Assembly (NCBI GenBank): GCA_051747585.1
Contig: JBNJGH010000064.1
Coordinates: 1-19,968 of the forward strand
Length of the DNA stretch: 19,968 bases
From: Candidatus Rifleibacteriota bacterium
GTDB lineage: Bacteria; Muiribacteriota; Ozemobacteria; Ozemobacterales; Ozemobacteraceae
Direction of reading: 5' to 3'
Part shown: in pieces, positions 7,383 to 14,239 of the stretch
How the letters are laid out: each line of letters opens with the position of its first letter
How positions within the stretch are numbered: position 1 is the stretch's first letter
Notes under the pieces: model-generated
The model's input: only the letters and a program-made list of their open reading frames with translations
What the model was told of the DNA's origin: nothing
The model's database searches: none
Translations under genes and position numbers: made by a program

Positions 7383-9668
7383 ATTGGGATCAATATCTTC
7401 ACCCGCAGCATAGCGTCTTTTCACTTCCATTTTTATCGCTCTCTTAACATCGGCTTTTGAATACCCGATATGCTGAGCCAGGTTATACAAAGATTTTTCT
7501 TCTGCCTCAGACAAGTCATTATCACAAAGAGCCATTTTTGCCGCTGACTGCAGAAGGTTCCAGGATTCTCTGCTGTTAGCCGGAGCGGGAATATAAATTT
7601 TGCCGTTCTGCAGGGAATAAATTATAGAATTAATTTCTTCTTGAGCCATACCATGACTACTGGCAACTTTTTCGAGCAAATCAAGCTCTTCAGTGGCGGT
7701 TTGCCCATCTGCAATAAGCAATTGAGCAGCCACAGTAATAACATCTCTGGCAGAACGTATTTCCGGATTTTCATTTTCAGACAACTGCTCTTTGGCCGCA
7801 GCTTTGCTTTTTAAAATCATCATATATTCAGAATCAAACTCACTTGTTATTCTTTCCAGAATCCAGCCTTTGCTGCCTTCGTTCAAAATTGTGCAACAAT
7901 AGCTGCATTCAAGACTGTAAGTAGAATCAAGAGGCGCGCCACAATTTGGACAATGGGCACTGGTAAGAGTTGTATTCAGGTTTGTTTTTACCCCATGTCG
8001 ACGCATCAGCACCAGAACATCCCGCCTGACCTGATTCATTCCTTTGTTGCTTACAGGTATTCCATCTTGATCGAGAAAAACCGGAACCCCGCTCCAGATA
8101 ACCAGAACAAAAATCCTGTCCCAGTATTTGGAAATTTTGAACCCCTGCAACTTAACCGAACCAAGATTTACATTTTCGATAAAACCATTAGGAGGAAGCG
8201 CTGAACCACCTGTTCGGGTAAAGTATTTGCTGCATAAGGCTTCAGTTGCAAATCTCCTTAAGGGCCGTGAATCTTTTTTTCTTTCGGCAAGCCTCTGCAT
8301 CCAGAAAATAACGGCTGCCCGGTCTTCAATTTGTTGAACATTAAAGTTCGGATCCTGTTGAACCATTTCATTCCAGCCCTTGAGAAGAGAACTTTCGTAA
8401 TATTCCCACTCACAAGCCTGAGTAATTTTGGCCAGAACCCAGTCATAACTACCCGAACGAATGAAACTTTCACAAATTTTACAAACGGTTGCCTGCCCAA
8501 TTTCGACAGGCGCACCGCAGTTAGGACAATTTCCTTCGAGCAAACCGGGTTTTTTCAGGGTTTTAGCCGAAGGTCGACGTACAAATGTCCAGTATTCACA
8601 AAATTTTCTGCGCTCTTCGTTTTTTGCAAGCTCCTCACCGGTTTCAAGATCAAAAAGCGCATCAGCCGAAGAAGCTCTGATAAAAACATGAATCGAATCG
8701 TAATTTTTATCGGTATTTACCTGAGCAATTCTGGTATTGTAAATGCTCATATTATTATATTGAAATGTAATTCCAGCAGCCTTCTGCTCATCTATCTGAC
8801 GTTTAAACTGTTCAAACAGAGCATCAGAAACTATATGCTGAATCTGGCCAAGATGCTGGCTGTACCATGCATTTTGAATTTTCCAGAATACCTTGTCAAT
8901 TCTTTTGATAAATTCCGAAGTATTAAAGTCCGGGTCACGCCTCCGAATTGCAGTCAAAGCTTTAGCCATCATTTCAGCATTTTGCAACTTTAAAAGGTTG
9001 CGATCGAGCACGCTGTCTGTACCCTGATGCCTTCGTTGATTTATATCAAGCAGCTCGCCCCAGAATTCCATTATTTTTTTGGGCATTACATCTATTTCAG
9101 GCTTAATTTTAAACCACCAGTCATCGGTCAAGCCAAGGTTCTGATATCTTTTTTCCCGCTGGCGCTGGCTTAAAAAAGCATTAATATTGACTGTTTCTTT
9201 GGAATAGCGCGAAAAAACTCTGGTAGAAATTCTCATGGCTACCAGATGAAAAACCGGGAACAGCAGAACAGGGACAGCGGGACGGCCGAAAATTTTCCAG
9301 CTTAATAATATTAATAAAACTCCAAAAAAAGAAAGCCCCCAAACCCCCAGCTTTTTTTTCTGCCACAAAATTGCCGGCAGAAGGTAACTTAGCAGAACTA
9401 CCGGAGCTTCAAATGGAGAAATAAAGAAATAATAAAAACAAAACAAAATCGAGGCACAGTATGCTACACCTATTGCAATAGTCACCAGTCCGACGCGACA
9501 AAGGTAAAATGTAATTACACCTGTTACCATTAAATAGGCAATATCTGCTGTCTGGCCGGTTTTTGTGTTGTCCTGAGGATTAAAGAAATACGCCATAGAA
9601 CCGGCAACCACAAACATGGTTACAATAAATAAAATAAACTGTTTTTTGCTTACATTGAGCTCTTTCAT
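7371..9668 (-). CDS. Membrane protein with two Tim44-like domains, two Zn-ribbons and a C-terminal TerB-like region
   Basis: Hydrophobic N-terminal ~150 aa (several TM helices). Two Tim44-like starts (IRRRDPDFNTSEF...EYWTFVR; MVQQDPNFNVQQI). Each is followed by CPNCGAP-x-C-x2-C and WVL/WIL. Tail has ADGQTATEELDLL and CDNDLSEAEEKSL (TerB-like). Overlaps the photolyase 3' end by 12 bp. Confidence 0.75.
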   Translation of the reverse strand: MKELNVSKKQFILFIVTMFVVAGSMAYFFNPQDNTKTGQTADIAYLMVTGVITFYLCRVGLVTIAIGVAYCASILFCFYYFFISPFEAPVVLLSYLLPAILWQKKKLGVWGLSFFGVLLILLSWKIFGRPAVPVLLFPVFHLVAMRISTRVFSRYSKETVNINAFLSQRQREKRYQNLGLTDDWWFKIKPEIDVMPKKIMEFWGELLDINQRRHQGTDSVLDRNLLKLQNAEMMAKALTAIRRRDPDFNTSEFIKRIDKVFWKIQNAWYSQHLGQIQHIVSDALFEQFKRQIDEQKAAGITFQYNNMSIYNTRIAQVNTDKNYDSIHVFIRASSADALFDLETGEELAKNEERRKFCEYWTFVRRPSAKTLKKPGLLEGNCPNCGAPVEIGQATVCKICESFIRSGSYDWVLAKITQACEWEYYESSLLKGWNEMVQQDPNFNVQQIEDRAAVIFWMQRLAERKKDSRPLRRFATEALCSKYFTRTGGSALPPNGFIENVNLGSVKLQGFKISKYWDRIFVLVIWSGVPVFLDQDGIPVSNKGMNQVRRDVLVLMRRHGVKTNLNTTLTSAHCPNCGAPLDSTYSLECSYCCTILNEGSKGWILERITSEFDSEYMMILKSKAAAKEQLSENENPEIRSARDVITVAAQLLIADGQTATEELDLLEKVASSHGMAQEEINSIIYSLQNGKIYIPAPANSRESWNLLQSAAKMALCDNDLSEAEEKSLYNLAQHIGYSKADVKRAIKMEVKRRYAAGEDIDPNLLM

Positions 9669-9765
9669 CGTTTAATACAGACTGGCGATTGTATTTTCTC
9701 GTTCACTTAAGTTTAAGCCTAGCATAATTTTTAATTCTTTGTGATTTTTATTCTGTTAGTGCAAC

Positions 9766-9777
9766 GACAACTTTGTC
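9766..9777. promoter_or_regulatory. Candidate enhancer (UAS) for the sigma-54 promoter at 9908
   Basis: GACAA-CT-TTGTC palindrome ~130 bp upstream of the -24 element. The same core recurs in a perfect 18-bp palindrome at 10160-10177. Confidence 0.4.
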
Positions 9778-9907
9778 ACAATTTTTTAACGAACTTAATT
9801 TTTTTCTGTTTCCGATTTCAGGCTATTTTGAATTTTGGCCTACTGATATCTGCTTTGCATAGGGCCTGGCATCAAAACTTCTTTGCCTGGCTCCGGAACA
9901 GAAAAAA

Positions 9908-9924
9908 TGGCATGCGCTTTGCTT
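9908..9924 (+). promoter_or_regulatory. Sigma-54 (RpoN) -24/-12 promoter
   Basis: TGGCATGCGCTTTGCTT: GG (9909-9910), exactly 10 nt, GC (9921-9922), with TGGCA and TTGCT consensus flanks. Predicted start ~9933-9935. Confidence 0.7.
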
Positions 9925-9934
9925 TATTAATTAT

Positions 9935-10160
9935 ATCCGGTTTCAAAAAGGGCAGGTGGTAGCAGGAAGCTGAAAACACGTGGAACTGACTGACGTTGCA
10001 ATTCGCCTGTATTGCAGGTGGGCAAAGTGGAGGTTGAGAGTTCAGTCTCTACCACAATTTAGTCAGAGCTTAATTCATAGTTTTTAAAAGCCCATAAGAA
10101 CCGGATTTTGAGGAAGAGTAATTGAGTTTTACTCTTTTTACTCTTCCTCATTCTTTTTTT
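9935..10160 (+). ncRNA. Candidate sigma-54-dependent structured small RNA, family unrecognised
   Basis: Begins at the predicted TSS. Nested pairings: ATCCGGTT/AACCGGAT (9935-9942/10099-10106), GGGC/GCCC, AAGCT/AGCTT, CTGACTGA/TTAGTCAG, plus hairpins at 9997-10016 and 10027-10055. Ends in an intrinsic terminator. No ATG-initiated ORF. Confidence 0.55.
10109..10160 (+). terminator. Rho-independent terminator
   Basis: 13-bp stem TGAGGAAGAGTAA (10109-10121) / TTACTCTTCCTCA (10138-10150), followed by TTCTTTTTTT. Confidence 0.75.
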
Positions 10161-10227
10161 GCGACAAATTTGTCGCACGCGGCAACTTCGACCCAAGATA
10201 CTTTGAAAATAAAGTTTAAAAGCTTAA

Positions 10228-10258
10228 AGATTGCTTCGTCGTTTCACTCCTCGCAATG
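10228..10258. repeat. REP-like half element; inverted copy at 19572-19602
   Basis: AGATTGCTTCGTCGTTTCACTCCTCGCAATG matches the reverse complement of CATTGCGAGGAGCGTAGCGACGAAGCAATCT at 28/31 positions. Confidence 0.7.
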
Positions 10259-10259
10259 G

Positions 10260-10402
10260 CACTAAGTTAAGAAGTAAAAATCTGTGAATCGTGCTCGTGA
10301 TCATAATCGTAATCGATTTAAATATTGATTTTTCGATTACGATTACCGCTTCGCTGAGCACGAATAAATTATCTGTGCTTTAAACATCTCCTTAACTTAG
10401 TG
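10260..10402. repeat. MITE/REP-like foldback with terminal inverted repeats
   Basis: CACTAAGTTAAG (10260-10271) / CTTAACTTAGTG (10391-10402) enclose TCGTGCTC/GAGCACGA and TAATCGTAATCGA/TCGATTACGATTA. Confidence 0.6.
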
Positions 10403-10411
10403 GTATTCAGG

Positions 10412-10889
10412 GCTCTGTGGTTATTTTTTTTGTGGCTTTGGGGCTTGGGGTGAGGAATATCCTTTTTTGAAACAATTTGATAGTACCTGACCAGGAATTG
10501 CTGAAAGCAAAACAGGAATTCTCGGTCAATCATTATTAGCTTGTTACAAAAAGTTCTGGTTTTATTTCTTTCTGTCAAATATAGAATTTAAACCACTGAG
10601 GCCACCGAGGGCACAGAGTTGATTTTTTAATCTTTTTCAGCCAGGATTTGTCCTGTGGACAAATAGCCGGCGGTTTCACCGCCCGGCTTTTCCTTCTTCA
10701 GCAAGCCTTCAGAAAAACACGAGTGCTTTTCTGAAGGCTTGCTGAAGAAGGAAACAATGGCTGAAAAAAATTCTCTGTGTTCTCTGTGCGCTCTGTGGTT
10801 ATTTTCTTTGTGGCTCTGGGGCTTGGGGTGAGAAATTTTCTTTTCTGAAACCAACTGATGGTCGCTGACCGAGAATTGCTAAAGCAAAA
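10412..10889. repeat. Diverged ~100-bp direct repeats (10412-10512 and 10790-10889) flanking a palindromic core
   Basis: Both copies read GCTCTGTGGTTATTTT.TTTGTGGCT.TGGGGCTTGGGGTGAG...CTGACC..GAATTGCT..AAGCAAAA; period 378 bp. Confidence 0.75.
10511..10825. repeat. ~315-bp repeat, copy 1 (copy 2 at 19654-19968)
   Basis: Near-identical direct repeat, about 5 mismatches by eye. Contains outer AACCAC..CACAGAG/CTCTGTG..GTGGTT inverted repeats and a perfect 28-bp hairpin (10689-10716/10727-10754). Confidence 0.92.
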
Positions 10890-10896
10890 TAACGAT

Positions 10897-10926
10897 TTGT
10901 CATAAGAAATAATTTTTTGTTATAAT
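10897..10926 (+). promoter_or_regulatory. Sigma-70-type promoter for the ADP-ribosylglycohydrolase/regulator genes
   Basis: TTGTCA-18 nt-TATAAT with an extended -10 TG, 36 bp upstream of the ATG at 10963. Confidence 0.55.
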
Positions 10927-10962
10927 CCTTAAATATATATATAAAATTGGGATGTAATTAAG

Positions 10963-11919
10963 ATGAATAAAGAAGATTTTGAGAAGATCATGGATCGTGC
11001 AAAAGCCAGTATTCTGGGGCAGGTTTCCGGCGATTCGCTGGGTGGCCTGGTCGAATTTATGAGTCCGTTGAAAATCAAACAACTTTACCCCGACGGACTC
11101 AAACTGATGCAAAACGGTGGTACCTGGAGCACAATTGCAGGGCAACCGACAGACGACTCAGAAATGGCTCTGGCCTTGTTAAACACATTGATCGAAAAAA
11201 AGAAGTTCGATGTAGAAGCCGCAAGGCAAGCCTACCTAAACTGGCTTGACTCAAGCCCTTTTGACTGCGGAATAACTGTAGCAACCGGACTTAACGGAGC
11301 CCCAGACTTTGGCAGCCAGGCCAACGGTGCTTTGATGCGAGTCTGCCCCATAGGCATTGCCGGGGCAAAAATTGAAAGCGGCCAGGTCGCCGAATGGGCG
11401 ATCAAAGATGCAGAATTAACCCACCCGAACCCAGTCTGTTTGCAAACCAATGCTTTAATGGCAAAAGCGATTGCAGATTGCATTGCTTTGGGAACTGGTC
11501 CGGAAGAAACCCACAATAAAATGTACAGCTGGGCTAAAGAACTCAAGGCTGACGATAAAATCATTGAAATCCTTGATCTTGCAACTCAAAGCCCACCAGA
11601 AGATTACATTGAAAACCAGGATTGGGTATTGCTCTCTTTTCACAATGCCCTCTGGCATCTTTTAAACACAAAAGATCCGGCTGAAGCAATTAGCCAGACT
11701 ATTATGCAGGGTGGCGACACAGATACAAATGCGGCAATCTGCGGATGTCTGCTCGGTGCCGTTCATGGCCGGGAAAAATTTCCAAAACAATGGGAAGAAA
11801 GCATTCTTTCATGCAAGCCCCTGAAAGACGGCCCGGGCGTCTACCGCCCCAGACCCGAAGCTTTCTGGCCAGTTAATATTTTTAATCAGGTAGAAAAGTT
11901 GCTTAGCGAAGATATTTAA
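10963..11919 (+). CDS. ADP-ribosylglycohydrolase family protein (DraG/ARH3-like)
   Basis: GQVSGDSLG, GQPTDDSEMA, SQANGALMR..P, LTHPN, GGDTDTNAAICG.LLGA. Confidence 0.9.
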   Translation: MNKEDFEKIMDRAKASILGQVSGDSLGGLVEFMSPLKIKQLYPDGLKLMQNGGTWSTIAGQPTDDSEMALALLNTLIEKKKFDVEAARQAYLNWLDSSPFDCGITVATGLNGAPDFGSQANGALMRVCPIGIAGAKIESGQVAEWAIKDAELTHPNPVCLQTNALMAKAIADCIALGTGPEETHNKMYSWAKELKADDKIIEILDLATQSPPEDYIENQDWVLLSFHNALWHLLNTKDPAEAISQTIMQGGDTDTNAAICGCLLGAVHGREKFPKQWEESILSCKPLKDGPGVYRPRPEAFWPVNIFNQVEKLLSEDI

Positions 11920-11936
11920 TATACATCTTATAGTAA

Positions 11937-13289
11937 ATGAATAAACAAAATCGCAGGCTCAATCAGCAGGATAGTTTTACAAACTCAATCTTGGAAAGTA
12001 TTTCCGACGGAGTTTTTACTATAGATCTTAATTGGAAAATTACTTCTTTTAACCGAGCAGCAGAAGAAATTACCGGCATATCCCGAAAAGATGCTTTAGG
12101 AAGAAGATGTTGCGATGTCTTTCGCTCAAGCATTTGCCAGTCAGCATGCCCCCTGAAAATTACCCTCAAAACCATGGAGCAGGTTATCAATCGTTCATGT
12201 TTTATAATAAGAGCGGATGGCAAAAGAATTCCGATAAGCGTTTCCACAGCAGTCTTATACGACCCGAAAGGGAGCATAATAGGCGGTGCCGAAACCTTTC
12301 GGGATCTAAGCGAAATTGAAACCCTGCGCAAGGAGCTGGGGCAGAAATACAGGATGGGTGACCTCATAAGCAGAAGTTCAACCATGCGAAAAGTGTTTGA
12401 TTTGATTCCTGCCGTAGCAAACACTTACTCAACCGTTTTAATCCAGGGCGAAACAGGCACCGGGAAAGAACTTGCTGCAAAAGCTATCCATAACAGCGGC
12501 AGCATGAATGACAAGCCTTTTATTGCAATAAACTGCGGAGCTTTACCAGAAACTTTACTGGAATCGGAGCTTTTTGGCTATAAAAAAGGCGCATTTACCG
12601 GCGCATACGCTGACAAAAAAGGATTAATGGAAGCAGCCGGCAACGGAACCCTTTTTCTCGATGAAATTGGAGATGTCAGCGCAGCAACTCAGGTAAAACT
12701 TCTGCGAGTTATTCAAGAAAAAGTGTTTCAGCCCCTGGGAAGCACCAGTGAACATCGTTTTAAAGCCCGAATTATTACAGCGACCAACAAAAACCTGGCT
12801 GAAATGGTTAAGAACAATGAATTCAGAGAAGATCTCTTCTACCGAATAAATGTTATAAGGCTTGACCTGCCACCACTAAGACAAAGAAAAGAAGACATTC
12901 CCTTGCTTATAGAACATTTTATAGACAAGTTCAATTACATCTACGGAAAACATCTCGAAGGCATATCTGACGAAGCTTTATCTTTGCTGATGAATCATAA
13001 CTGGCCCGGAAACGTAAGAGAGCTCGAGAATGTAATTGAGCGGGCTGCAATTTTGTGCAAAAATAAAATTATCAAAATCAACTCTTTACCCGAGGAATTT
13101 CATGGAGCTACAGTGACGGATCAAAGCAATATCGGCACAGCCAGAAGCATAGCAGAATCGACCATTATACAGACCGCCCTTGCACGTAACAATTATAACA
13201 AGGTTCAGACAGCAAAAGAGCTGGGGATTCACAAAGCGACTTTATACCGAAAAATTAAAAAATATGGCATAGAAAATCCCGGGCAATAA
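11937..13289 (+). CDS. PAS-domain sigma-54-dependent activator (OrpR-like, Fis-type HTH)
   Basis: PAS domain with C-x8-C-x3-C (CCDVFRSSICQSAC). AAA+ domain with GETGTGKE, ESELFG, GAFTGA, LFLDEIG, FREDLFYR, WPGNVREL. C-terminal HTH TAKELGIHKATLYRK. Confidence 0.9.
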   Translation: MNKQNRRLNQQDSFTNSILESISDGVFTIDLNWKITSFNRAAEEITGISRKDALGRRCCDVFRSSICQSACPLKITLKTMEQVINRSCFIIRADGKRIPISVSTAVLYDPKGSIIGGAETFRDLSEIETLRKELGQKYRMGDLISRSSTMRKVFDLIPAVANTYSTVLIQGETGTGKELAAKAIHNSGSMNDKPFIAINCGALPETLLESELFGYKKGAFTGAYADKKGLMEAAGNGTLFLDEIGDVSAATQVKLLRVIQEKVFQPLGSTSEHRFKARIITATNKNLAEMVKNNEFREDLFYRINVIRLDLPPLRQRKEDIPLLIEHFIDKFNYIYGKHLEGISDEALSLLMNHNWPGNVRELENVIERAAILCKNKIIKINSLPEEFHGATVTDQSNIGTARSIAESTIIQTALARNNYNKVQTAKELGIHKATLYRKIKKYGIENPGQ

Positions 13290-13290
13290 T

Positions 13291-13336
13291 TCGCATTTTT
13301 GCGATTTTTACCAACAAAACAATCTCATTTCTGCGA
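13291..13336. promoter_or_regulatory. Paired palindromic activator sites
   Basis: TCGCA-TTTT-TGCGA (13291-13304) and TCTCA-TTTC-TGCGA (13323-13336), 32 bp apart, ~70-110 bp upstream of the -24 element. Confidence 0.55.
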
Positions 13337-13401
13337 CCATCCTGGCAATATAAAGACGAGTCTTTTTTCCGAAACACGTGCCAACAAAGGGTTAGAACAA
13401 G

Positions 13402-13418
13402 TTGGCATCTTTATTGCT
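13402..13418 (+). promoter_or_regulatory. Sigma-54 -24/-12 promoter of the ORP-like operon
   Basis: TTGGCATCTTTATTGCT: GG (13404-13405)-N10-GC (13416-13417). RBS GGAG precedes the ATG at 13441. Confidence 0.8.
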
Positions 13419-13440
13419 ATTAAAATAACTGGAGCGAAAA

Positions 13441-13830
13441 ATGAAAATAGCTTTAAGCATTTCGGAAAATCGGATTGCGCCACTTTTTGATGTGGCTGAC
13501 AGCTTTGTTGAACTGGATTTTACCAATGGTAAAATAACTGATTCAACCAGGCTGGAGCTACCAAGCCTGCTCGGGCCTGCCCGAATCTTTGATCTGGCAG
13601 AAAGAGGCGTAGAGTTTTTGATCTGCGGTGCTATCTCGCGACAATTCAGCCTTCTAGCTGAAAGTTCTGGTATAACTGTTTATGGCTTTATTTCCGGGCC
13701 GGCTGATGTAATTATCAAAGAGTTCTGCAAAAGTGGAAATCTGAGAAGCTACAGGATGCCGGGCTGCAGGAGATCCGGACAGGGTTGCCAGGGCAGACAA
13801 CGAAGAAGGCGCAAGCATCGCTCCAGATGA
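13441..13830 (+). CDS. NifB/NifX-family (dinitrogenase FeMo-cofactor-binding / ORP-like) protein
   Basis: MKIAL....RIAPLFDVA..F, GVEFLICGAIS, GITVYGFISG, MPGC followed by a Gly/Arg-rich tail. Confidence 0.8.
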   Translation: MKIALSISENRIAPLFDVADSFVELDFTNGKITDSTRLELPSLLGPARIFDLAERGVEFLICGAISRQFSLLAESSGITVYGFISGPADVIIKEFCKSGNLRSYRMPGCRRSGQGCQGRQRRRRKHRSR

Positions 13831-13866
13831 TTGAAGAAATTGATTTTTTCAGAAAGGAGCAATAAA

Positions 13867-14202
13867 ATGCCAGGAAGAGATGGAAGTGGACCTGTTGGAA
13901 ATGGACCTATAGGACGTAGAGGTAGAGCAAATGGCGGCTGTGTCGGGCCTGACAATGACTTCACAGGCTATGGCCCCGGATATGGCGCAGGCTATGGTAT
14001 GAGATTCGGACGTGGCGGAGGATTCCGTGCCAGACGTCGCGTATTTGCAAACAACTACAATGCACCTGTACAATACGAAGGCGAGCCAGCCCCTGCTGCC
14101 CCGCAAGAGTATGAGCAACAATCCTTGAAAGAGGAAATTCAGGACCTGAAAAGTCAGCTGAATGAACTAAAACAGGCCTTAACGCAAAAAACTGAGAAAT
14201 AA
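13867..14202 (+). CDS. DUF5320-family Gly/Arg-rich protein with C-terminal coiled coil
   Basis: The real start is probably ATG 13867 (RBS AAGGAG), giving MPGRDGSGP.G.GP.GR.G...GC. GYG/GRGGG repeats and LKEEIQDLKSQLNELKQ. Confidence 0.72.
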   Translation: MPGRDGSGPVGNGPIGRRGRANGGCVGPDNDFTGYGPGYGAGYGMRFGRGGGFRARRRVFANNYNAPVQYEGEPAPAAPQEYEQQSLKEEIQDLKSQLNELKQALTQKTEK

Positions 14203-14239
14203 TCTGTAAAATTAGAACTTTAATTAAAGGCAGGATAAG

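Noticed and set aside
8331..8993. 220-aa plus-strand ORF and other short antisense ORFs in the track
   Set aside because: These are shadow frames opposite well-supported genes, with no motifs.
9741..9962. 73-aa ORF from the track
   Set aside because: No RBS or recognisable motif, and it overlaps the AT-rich enhancer and promoter region.
10027..10056. tRNA-like 3' end (GAGAGTTCAGTCTCTACCAC)
   Set aside because: No TTCGA T-loop, D-arm or anticodon arm can be built.
9984..10070. ZTP (pfl) riboswitch resemblance (TGACTGACG...GTGG...CCAC)
   Set aside because: The required 3' GCCG.CCGYCTGGGC hairpin is absent and no purine or folate gene follows.
10369..10854. Two short minus-strand ORFs sharing HPKPQSH..NNHRA
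   Set aside because: The similarity is a by-product of the ~100-bp DNA repeat; there is no coding signal.
10228..10889. CRISPR array or integron attC array
   Set aside because: There is no regular repeat-spacer period, no cas or intI gene, and no RYYYAAC/GTTRRRY-bounded cassette pattern.
13441..13830. Nitrogen fixation inferred from NifB/NifX and DraG-like genes
   Set aside because: No nifHDK is present, and both families are widespread in non-diazotrophic anaerobes.
13828..13866. In-frame TGA joining the NifB/NifX ORF to the DUF5320 ORF (possible selenocysteine or readthrough)
   Set aside because: The upstream protein ends naturally in its Arg-rich tail, and DUF5320 has its own RBS and family-typical ATG at 13867. 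The TGA is not at a conserved Cys position, and only a weak AT-rich hairpin follows.
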